From positions 44,218,464 through 44,282,463 of the forward strand of contig NC_043011.1 in NCBI RefSeq assembly GCF_006345805.1: a DNA stretch of 64,000 nt, read 5' to 3'. The DNA comes from Octopus sinensis (taxonomy: Eukaryota). Numbering within the stretch: position 1 is the stretch's first letter; every line of letters starts with the position of its first letter. The position numbers were made by a program, and so were the translations under genes. Below, piece after piece: positions 54,135 through 64,000 of the stretch. The notes under the pieces are model-generated. The model saw nothing but the letters and a program-made list of their open reading frames with translations. It was not told the origin of the DNA and ran no database searches.

Positions 54135-54247
54135 TTCCTGCAATTCTTGAACATGAAGCCATTGCTGGCCTGAACAAGGAGGATCGACGTGGACGTATAC
54201 CAAACAATGAAGTGGAACCAGATGCATTGGATAATCTACAGAAGATT
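54135..54247 (+). CDS. MYO5: Myosin V exon (V)PAILEHEAIAGLNKEDRRGRIPNNEVEPDALDNLQKI
   Basis: ttttccag| acceptor, |gtaagt donor, phase 1-0; LEHE.I.G motif. Confidence 0.93.
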
Positions 54248-54295
54248 GTAAGTATCTTCTTGTTATCCTCGCTGGTCCCCTTCAACAAACTATCC

Positions 54296-54340
<45 letters not shown>

Positions 54341-55513
54341 CTTTAGCTCTAAACTGTCCTCTCCCAATTGTTTCACCCCACCATATCGAAATCCTTCAAT
54401 CCTAACCCCAACACCCTTTATTTAATGTCTTCCTGCATCCACCCCCACAACAAGAGTCAATGAAATAAATACCAGTCATGTTTTGGGGTTGGGTGAACTG
54501 ACTCGAACCCCCCTACTCCGCCATCCTTCTACTACATTGGTGTCCATGTACATATGTTAGAAATCTTTATACGCTTCTTCACCCTGTTTCCAAACTGGGC
54601 TCTTCTTGTAGCGTGGGGCCCATTGAGGAGCTGCATTTAATTGTATTAGTGTGTATGTGTGTGTAAAATAAAGGGCATATATGGTTTTTACAGAAGTCAA
54701 GAAAGGGTTGATAGTGTCACAGTGTACATTATATAGCTATGAATGGAGGAAGATCAGTTTTGGGCCAGAGGATTTCCAGTGTGTCTGGGTAGTGTTTGGT
54801 TGGTTGGTTGGTTGGTTGGTTGGTTTGTATTGATGTCTCATGGTAGCATCATCATCATCAATATCATCACCTTTGTCATCACTTAACGCCCACCTTTCCA
54901 TGCCCGCACATGTCATACAGAACGTTGAGGTGGTGGATCTTGTACAGCTAAATGCCTTTCCTCTCGCCACCCCTCACTTGTTTCCAAGTAAGGTAATACT
55001 TCTCAATCAGTGGCCTGATGTCTTGAAAGATCGGAAACAAAGGATACCATTTGCATGATGGTGACACTAACGACCATCCAATGATGCCAAGGCTGAAACA
55101 CATGCCCCAACACACACACATACATACATATTCTTTTACTTTTACTTGTTTCAGTCATTTGACTGCGGCCATGTTGGAGCACCGCCTATTATAAATTTGA
55201 GTGGTGTTTCTCTGTCCATTATGATTTGATGCAAGGACAACAAAACTCAAGCCAGCGACTCCCCTAATCCCAGGGAATGTCCTTAGAGAATCTATTTTTT
55301 TAAGGGCTGCCAAATTGGTGCCCCACTGACCCCCACCTATTTTTACAGTCGACTTTGCCCTTTATCTTTTATCTTTTCAGTATCAGTAAAATAAAGTACA
55401 GATCAAGCATCATGGGTGGGGGTCCAGTGTGATCATCCTTTCCTGACCACTAAAACTGCTGACCTTGTGCTAAAATCCCAAATATTCATTTTGTTTTTAT
55501 TTGTTTCTTTCAG

Positions 55514-55585
55514 ATGTCGAAGTATATTCGTATTTTGCGAAATCACGCAGTAGATCCAGAAGTAATCGTACTCATCGTCAAACAG
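55514..55585 (+). CDS. MYO5: Myosin V exon MSKYIRILRNHAVDPEVIVLIVKQ
   Basis: ctttcag| acceptor, |gtgagc donor, 72 nt, phase 0-0; H..DPE.I...VKQ motif. Confidence 0.93.
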
Positions 55586-55791
55586 GTGAGCATCTTTGCA
55601 TCTTATTTCTTCTTCTTCTTTTTCTCCTCCTCTTCCTTCTCGTCTTCCTCCTCCTCATCCTGATTACTATTATGGGGGGTCAATAAAATAAGTCCCAGAT
55701 GAACTCTCGTGTCTATGTAACAAAGTTTGCCCCTCTCCCAAAAGTACAAGCCTTGTGCTTGCAATAGAAAAGATTATTGTTATTATTATTA

Positions 55792-55835
<44 letters not shown>

Positions 55836-56516
55836 TTTAAAAAGGCAGTGAGCTGGCAGAATTGTTAGCATGCTGGACAAAATGCTTAGTGGCATTTTGC
55901 CCGTTGCTTTATTCTGTGTTCAAATTTCACAGAGGTCGACTTTACTTTTCATCCTTTCAGGGTCGATAAATTAAGTACTAGTTATGCACTGGGATCGATG
56001 TAATTTACTTGTCCCTACCTCCCTCAAGATGCCCTTGTGGCAAAAATTTGAAATTATTATTATTATTATTATTACTCTAAATACAAATGGTGTTTTAAAA
56101 TTCTATACAAAACACCAGAAATTAAAATAAAAATAGAAAACGCTGGTTAATTTCTACACCAGTCTATCACTGTATCAACCTGACTGTCGGACGTTGTTGT
56201 ACTTCACTTGTCACAATGCACTTCCTCACACTACTGTAGCTTTTGAATGATGCTACCCAGCTAGCTAGGCAGCCAGGTCAACGTTCCCCATAAGCAGGAC
56301 CCAAGTCCATTGCAGGGTGTACCCATTTGCAGCTGAGTGGACTGGAGTGTTGTGAAATGAAGTGTTTTGCCCAAGAACACATCAGCCTGGGAATTGAAAC
56401 CATGATCTTTCAATCCTGGGAGCAACACCCTAACCACTAGGCTATATTTCTTTATTATCATCCACAAAATATTTTATACAGTAGGTATTGGAGCCAGCTT
56501 AATTGCAGCATCATAA

Positions 56517-57180
56517 CTAATTGTTAATTACATTTCCTCTCTGTTAATTATATTTTCTCTGATTGTTAATTATATCTTCTCCAATTGTTAATTATATCTT
56601 CCCTAATTGTTAATTATATTTTTTCCAATTGTTAATTATATCTTCTCTAATTGTTAATTATATTTTCTCTAGTTGTTAATTATATCTTCTCTAATTGTTA
56701 ATTATATCTTCTCTAATTGTTAATTATATTTTCTTTAATTTTTAATTATATCTTCTCTAATTGTTAATTATATTTTCTTTAATTTTTAATTATATCTTCT
56801 CCAATTGTTAATTATATCTTCTCTAATTGTTAATTATATTTTCTATAATTGTTAATTATATTTTCTCTAATTGTTAATTATTTCTTCTCTAATTGTTAAT
56901 TATATCTTCTCTAATTGTTAATTATATCTCCTCCAATTGTTAATTATATCTCCTCCAATTGTTAATTATATCTCCTCCAATTGTTAATTATATTTTCTTA
57001 AATTGTTAATTATATTTGCTCTCATTGTTAATTATATTTGCTCTCATTGTTAATTATATCTTCTCTAATTGTTAATTATATCTCCTCCAATTGTTAATTA
57101 TATTTTCTTAAATTGTTAATTATATTTGCTCTCATTGTTAATTATATTTTCTCTAATTGTTAAATTCTATTTTCTCTGAT
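56517..57180. repeat. ~22-bp minisatellite (taattgttaattatatcttctc) x ~30
   Basis: Direct tandem units ending at the acceptor of exon 57186. Confidence 0.95.
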
Positions 57181-57185
57181 TGCAG

Positions 57186-57271
57186 TTATTCTATGACATG
57201 AATGTGAAAGCTTTGAACAACTTACTGCTCCGCCGAGATATGTGTAATTGGCACAAAGGCACACAAATAAG
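57186..57271 (+). CDS. MYO5: Myosin V exon, DIL domain start [28 protein letters not shown](R)
   Basis: ttgcag| acceptor, weak |gttcgc donor, phase 0-2; LNNLLLR.DMC.W.KG.QIR signature. Confidence 0.95.
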
Positions 57272-57321
57272 GTTCGCTCTTTGGCATCTTCACAAAATCT
57301 GACTTCTATTGTTGATGTTGC

Positions 57322-57366
<45 letters not shown>

Positions 57367-57433
57367 TCTATCTATCTATCTATCCATCTCTCCCTCTCTC
57401 ATATACTTTGTCTCTCATTCTCTCTCACTATTT

Positions 57434-57467
<34 letters not shown>

Positions 57468-57586
57468 CTATCTATCCATCTATCTATCTCTCCCTCTCTC
57501 ATATACTTTGTCTCTCATTCTCTCTCACTATTTCTCTCTTTCTCTCTCTCTCTCTCATTCTCATTCTCTCTCTCTTTCTATTCTAG

Positions 57587-57758
57587 ATATAATATATCAC
57601 ATTTGGAACAATGGCTGAGAGAATACCACTTACAAGATTCTGGGGCATTTTCTACAATGGAACCTCTCATACAAGCATCTCAGCTGTTGCAGGCACGCAA
57701 GACTGATGCCGATGTCGACAGTGTTTGCCAGATGTGTCCTAAACTAAAAACAGCACAG
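57587..57758 (+). CDS. MYO5: Myosin V exon, DIL domain YNISHLEQWLREYHLQDSGAFSTMEPLIQASQLLQARKTDADVDSVCQMCPKLKTAQ
   Basis: ttctag| acceptor, |gtaagc donor, phase 2-0; YN.S.LE.WLR and EPLIQA.QLLQ motifs. Confidence 0.97.
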
Positions 57759-57929
57759 GTAAGCAAGTACCACAAGTGGGTTCCTGTTTCACTAGAATCT
57801 TTCTGGATAGTTTTATCAGTAAGGATTCAGATCACACAGAAGAACCATAAAAATATGTGAAAGTTAAGACTCACAGCAGAATCAGAAGCTATTTTGTCAT
57901 AAAAACTAATTGCAGATTCATAAATACTG

Positions 57930-58270
57930 TCTTGTAGTTAAGACCTATCACAAGTCTTAAGGATGTCTTACAGTTAAGATCTAAGGCAATCTTAAAGTTG
58001 TCTTAGAGTTGTTAAGACCTATGGCAGTCATAAGACTGTCTTACACTTAAAACCTGTCTTATAATTAAGACTTATGGTAATCGTAAGACTGTCTTATAAT
58101 GAAGACTCATGGCAGTCATAAGACTGTCTTACTGTTAAAACCTGTCTTATAATTGAGACTTATTGCAGTCATAAGATTGTCTTATAATTAAGAATCATGG
58201 CAGTCATAAGATTGTCTTAGAGTTAAGACTTATGACAGTTATAAGACTGTCTTTAGTTAAGACATTCTGA
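57930..58270. repeat. Self-complementary ~35-bp minisatellite (taagactgtcttatagttaagacttatggcagtca)
   Basis: Recurring taagac/gtctta units. Confidence 0.8.
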
Positions 58271-58318
58271 CTATGACCATCCCATCTCTGTGTGTATCTA
58301 TAACTTCACTGTTTAATT

Positions 58319-58538
58319 CAGTGGTTCTCAAATTGACAAATATATACTTGCTCTGAACAAATAGAAGAAAAAGGGAAAATTTTAAACCCCATTTATAGAT
58401 TTCTTCCTTCACAATGAGGTTGAACAAGTTTAACAAGCTAAAAATCCCCTTAATTTTATTAACCATGGCAATATGCCTGCCCTCTGCCATCTCTGAGGCC
58501 CACCCAAGAGCCCCTGGCTTCCCCTACGAGAAACACTG
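58319..58538. mobile_element. hAT-type MITE (degenerate)
   Basis: cagtggttctc ... gagaaacactg termini; TSD not intact. Confidence 0.5.
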
Positions 58539-59650
58539 TTCTAACGTGTCTTTTTTAAACTTGTAGAATGTGATTGCAAGTAATCTGGCTGCTATTTCTA
58601 GCAAATGAAAATATTGTATAATGACTCCCTGGCTGCTATTTATAATAGATTGTCAAGCATTAGCTTGACAATCTATTATAAACAGCAGCCAAATGATAAA
58701 ATTATGAGATAACAAAGCAACAAGGGATAAATATACACAGGATACAAGGAAAAGGAAGGGAAACATAATATACAAAGGTTTAAAGAAAAAAATTGGGGGT
58801 GGGGGGATGACATAGATGTAGCCCTCCTGATACAGAATGACCTCTAGGGATAATGAATGAGATAATAATGATATAATATTGTTCTGGGTTCAGAATATTG
58901 GCTCCTTGGGCAAGTGTTTTGTACTGTAGCCTTGGACCGACCAAAGCCTTGAGAGTGGGTTTGGCAGACGGAATCTGAATGAAGCCCATCGTATATATGC
59001 ATATATCTATATGGGTTCAGTCCCACTGCGTGGCACCTTGGGCAGGTGTCTTCTACTATAGCCTCAGGCTAACCAAAGCCTTGTGAGTGGGTTTGGTAGA
59101 TGGAAACTGAAAGAAGCTTGTCGTGTATGTATATATATGTATCATCATCATCATCATCATTTAGCGTCCGCTTTCCATGCTAGCATGGGTTGGACGGTTC
59201 AGCTGGGGTCTGGGAAGCCAGAAGGCTGCACCAGGCCCAGTCTCATCTGGCAGTGTTTCTACGGCTGGATGCCCTTCCTAACGCCAACCACTCCGTGAGT
59301 GTAGTGGGTGCTTTTTACGTGCCAGACAGGGCATATATATATATATGTGTGTGTGTGTATGTATGTTTGTGTGTTTGTGTTTGTCCCCCACAACATCGCT
59401 TGACAACCGATGGTGGTGTGTTTACGTCCCCATAACTTAGTGGTTCAGCAAAAGAGACCGATAAAATAAGTACTAGGCTTACAAAGAATAAGTCCTGGGG
59501 TCGATTTGCTTGACTAAAGGTGGTGCTCCAGCATGGCCACAGTCAAATGACTGAAACAAGTAAAAGAGTAATGAGTATATAATATTGTATATATATATTG
59601 TAATTATATGATTTGTCTATATGTAAAATTAATGTTTTCTCTCTTTTCAG

Positions 59651-59896
59651 ATTGTGAAAATCCTCAACCAATACACCCCGGTAAGGGGCTACGAAGATGA
59701 CACGGTGGCCATATCGTTCATCCGTAAGGTCCAGGAGAAGCTGGCGGAGAGCCGGCAAAACGACACCGGCACAAACCTATTGATGGACACTCAGTACTCG
59801 TTCCCGGTCACCTTCCCCTTCAACCCTTCCAATATAGCTCTGGAGCGGGTCACCGTACCGGACAAACTACACTTGGCCTTCCTCAAACGAGTGTGA
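59651..59896 (+). CDS. MYO5: Myosin V terminal coding exon IVKILNQYTPV...LLMDTQYSFPVTFPFNPS...LAFLKRV*
   Basis: ttttcag| acceptor; IVK.LN.YTPV and LLMD....FPVTFPFNPS motifs; TGA at 59894-59896. Confidence 0.97.
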   Translation: MVKILNQYTPVRGYEDDTVAISFIRKVQEKLAESRQNDTGTNLLMDTQYSFPVTFPFNPSNIALERVTVPDKLHLAFLKRV

Positions 59897-60203
59897 GCTG
59901 CTGCCACTGCTGCTGCTGCTGCTACCACCGCTGCCGCCGCCACTACTGCTGCTTCTTCTTCTTCCACCTCCACCTAACTCTACCACCACAACCACCACCA
60001 CCTCCATCGACCATACAGCTACCCACCAGCCCTGCCGATACGGCGGGGTTTCCTTCTGTGATGGTGGTGATGTCAGTGGTGGCAGCGACGGTGGTGGCTG
60101 ATGGGTGGATGGGTCTCTGTCTTTCTGGTAGTGTGAAGTGAGAGAGAGAGAGAGAGAGAGAGAGACACACACACACACAACCACATGCCACTTTCTCTTT
60201 ATT

Positions 60204-60245
<42 letters not shown>

Positions 60246-60393
60246 TATGTATGTGTATATATATTTGTGTATGTATATATATATATATATAATATATATA
60301 TATTATAATATATATATAATATATAATATATATATATATAATATATATATATATAATATATATATATATATTATATATATATATATAATATAT

Positions 60394-60425
<32 letters not shown>

Positions 60426-60484
60426 ATATATATATATATATTATATATATATATATATAATATATATATATATAATATATATAT

Positions 60485-60534
<50 letters not shown>

Positions 60535-60561
60535 TGTGTGTATTTATATTTGTGTATGTCT

Positions 60562-60606
<45 letters not shown>

Positions 60607-60731
60607 CACAATCTTTCTAAAACACTTTCTGCTTTTTGTATAAGTGATGTATGTCTGTAAGAGTATGTGTTTCCATATATATTCTGATGTTTTTCTCTCT
60701 CTCTCTCTCTTTCCCATTTCTGTCTCTGCTA

Positions 60732-60811
<80 letters not shown>

Positions 60812-61670
60812 CACATAGTTCAATCGTACTTTAATAATAATTTTAATAATTGCGAAATGAATAAAATAAATATTTAAATAGAACAATAGAATAATTATTT
60901 GTTGGACTGAAATAAGAAACAAATTTAGTGAAGTATTATGTGTGTGTGTGTATATGTATACATACGCACACACATACATATATGTACACAAGCATTCACT
61001 TGCGCATACAGACATGTACATATGCATATATGTGTGTGGGTATATAAACATGTGGCTTTGGTGTGTATGTATATATATTTATATACGTACACACATATAC
61101 ATACTAACGCATGTATATATGTATTCATATATATTTACACACACACACACACATACTGATGTATGTATATATGTACTTATATATATTTAACGCACTCACA
61201 CACACACACTGATGTTTGTGTATGTATGTATGTATGTATATATGTGTGTGTGTCTGTCGTTTGGATCTTTGCAATGGAATTAGTAATGTAAAGCGTATTT
61301 GATGGAAGAAAAGAAAGAATGAGTTTTGCAGGAGTGAGTGAAGGAAAGAAGAAGAGAAGGAAAGAAGGAAGGAAGGAGTGTCCAATTCTTGAAATGGAAG
61401 CACTAGAGAAGCAAAATGCAAGAAATATAAAAGAACTTCGAAAATAACAAAAAAAGTTACACTTAGATATTCTTCACTCACTTTATTTTTTTCTTCACAA
61501 AAACATCAAAAACTTTAAACTATTTGAAGAATCTTTTGATTACAGCAGGAACCACATTTACCAAAGAAGGAAAACAAAAAAATGATATAAAATAAAATAA
61601 AATGTAAACTTCTATGAGGGCGACATATGTTTAGTCTCTCTCCCCCTCCTTCAAACATATTAGCAACACA

Positions 61671-61706
<36 letters not shown>

Positions 61707-63233
61707 TACACCCTCACAGACATATATTCATATACACACACTCACACATATATATATATATATACACACACACAGGATTTAAATCCGAGCTACTATAAGT
61801 TTCATGCTTCTTATAATACAATTGTCAGACAAGCTTGTATACCATGCGTGTTCTGTCTGGAAATCTGATAGTACACAGCACATTATATGAGTTCTCACTA
61901 TTGTAGTTATTATCAGAGGTATGAAACTCATAGTGGCTCACATTTAAATCCTGTGTATATTAGGTGATATTTATCTCTTAAGGGATGGAGTGCATTCTTT
62001 GTTAAATCTCACCCATAGCAGAACAGTACATGATACATATATGCATATACATAAACACACACACACGCGCGCGCACACACACGACTGTGTGTGTGTATAT
62101 ATATATGACTGATTTTGTGACATTTGAATGAAATATAAAAAAAGTGAAGTTGGAGAAATGTGAACAGGTGAACAAAAAAAAAAAAAAGATTTGTTTTGAT
62201 AAAAGAAAAAAAAAAGCAGAACTGAAGAGAATGGAAATGGAACTGAATAAAATGTAGATTGGAAAATATTAAAACATATCAGTCAGTTGGTATTTCTGGT
62301 TGAGATAGAATTTTGGTCGAAAAAAAATATGTTGCCAAAGATTAAAACAGGTGAGATATTTGGAAAGGACCAGTGGAAGATAAAAATGATGTTGTTGATG
62401 ATGATGATGTTAATAATAATGTTAATGATAATAATAATAATAATGGTGGTGTGATAAAAGTTATAAAAAGTTGTCTTCTGTTGTAATTTGAACCTGAATC
62501 AGCTGCGAATGATGGTCAGTTTTTAGGGTCACTCTCTGATGGGATGACCGACAGACTTAGCTGACCTGAGATGTCAGTCAAGTAAATTGAAACGAGAGAG
62601 AGAGATAGACAGAGAGATGATTATGATGATGATGATGGTGGTGTATTATGTAACATAGACTAACGACTTAATTAATTAAATGATTGCTTCGAAAGTAAAT
62701 CTGTTGAGATACATGTGGAAGAATGGATGGATGCTGTTTGGGTCTGTAACCAATTCATTCTTGGTTTCTGCAATAAATTTCTGTAATCAGCAGTCACCTA
62801 CGGCTCCCCACCACCACCCCTGTATGTATGTATATGTGTGTGAGTGAGTCTCTTCTTTTCGGAGTCTCTAGCTACCTAGCCAGGATGATTGTAAATTTCT
62901 CTCTCTCTCTCTCTTTCTCTCTTCATTGTTGATATATTTGTTTTCTTTGTAAATACACAAACTTCTCCTGCTCCCAACCTGTGTAACCACCAATCCGTCA
63001 ATATTATGTTGTTGTTGTTATTGCAGGTTTTTGTTGTTTTCATTGTTATTATTGATTTTGATGGTGATGGTCGTCTTACTGGTCATAAGACATAGTGTAG
63101 TAATATTGTATAGATTGATGCAAGTATTTAAAATGTCATTAAAAGCCATACCAACTCCTCTATCCTTTTTCAGTGTATCTTTCTCATTCACTCTATGAAG
63201 TTGCCATATATATTCACACACACACACACACAG

Positions 63234-63267
<34 letters not shown>

Positions 63268-64000
63268 ATATATAATATATAATACAGCATGAGCTGAAAC
63301 TAGAATCAATCAATCAATATGTATATAATATGTATATATATATATTATATATAATATATATATATATATAATATATATATATATATACATATTATATATA
63401 ATATTATATATATATGTATACATATATATATATGATATATATATATATATATATTATAATATTATATATATATATATATATTCAACCAAATTTCTATCCA
63501 GTTTTCAGATTTTATTTTTAAATTTTTACAATTTTACACTAGAAGTAACAAAATAATATATGCAGTTTTTTTCATATACGGGCAGTATATTTTCTTAATG
63601 TTCACTTCCTTCAAACAAATGTTTATACAGTAGTAGTAGTAGTAGTAGTTGTAGTAACATTAACAAACATTCAGTAATGTTAGTTAATGCTATATCTACT
63701 ACTACTACTACTACTACCACATAAATGATTATCTGAAGATTGTTAATAACAAGAAAAGAGTTTGCTTATATTCGAAAATATTGTATATTTTATTTTGTTA
63801 CTTCTAATATTGTAAAATTGTAAAAATCAGGCTATATTGGAATTTGATTGACTAATATATTATCTCTATTATCTATATGCGCTTTTACAAGCCATATTTT
63901 TTCTGCATTTGCCATCTCTGAAGATCACATGGTGTTTAGTAACTGCGCTGTTATCTAATACCCTGTGTGAAACTGATTGGTAAAATAGGTTGAAATGGAT
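59897..64000 (+). other. Probable long 3' UTR of myosin V (end not determined)
   Basis: Follows the stop codon; microsatellite-rich but apparently lacking the SINE copies that fill the introns; several AATAAA hexamers (near 60860, 61590, 62186, 62772). Confidence 0.5.
61770..61956 (+). other. Long imperfect RNA hairpin in the presumed 3' UTR
   Basis: acacaggatttaaat/atttaaatcctgtgt outer stem, with pairing continuing inward through many G-U pairs. Confidence 0.75.

Noticed and set aside
53546-57180. Regular 27-bp and 22-bp repeats as CRISPR-like arrays
   Set aside because: Head-to-tail units with no unique spacers, in eukaryotic introns

Overview
AT-rich, microsatellite- and SINE-dense animal genomic DNA; the repeat families resemble those of octopus/coleoid genomes (inferred, not tested). 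Nearly all ORFs in the supplied track are microsatellite or SINE artefacts. The one real gene is the 3' part of a class V myosin on the + strand: 12 GT-AG exons (29537-59896) with consistent phases, encoding the distal coiled coil and the globular/DIL cargo-binding tail, followed by a probable long 3' UTR. The first 29.5 kb appears to be one very large intron. It holds a candidate phase-matched alternative last exon (3816-3954, tail-less motor) and a candidate alternative first exon (ATG at 14510, motor-less 509-aa tail), which suggests a split-myosin isoform system. Also present: symmetric candidate cassette/microexons just before the globular tail, a G-U-biased 3' UTR hairpin, Penelope-type hammerhead motifs linked to foldback repeats, mariner/pogo/piggyBac/hAT/Helitron-type non-autonomous elements, RTE LINE remnants and several minisatellites.
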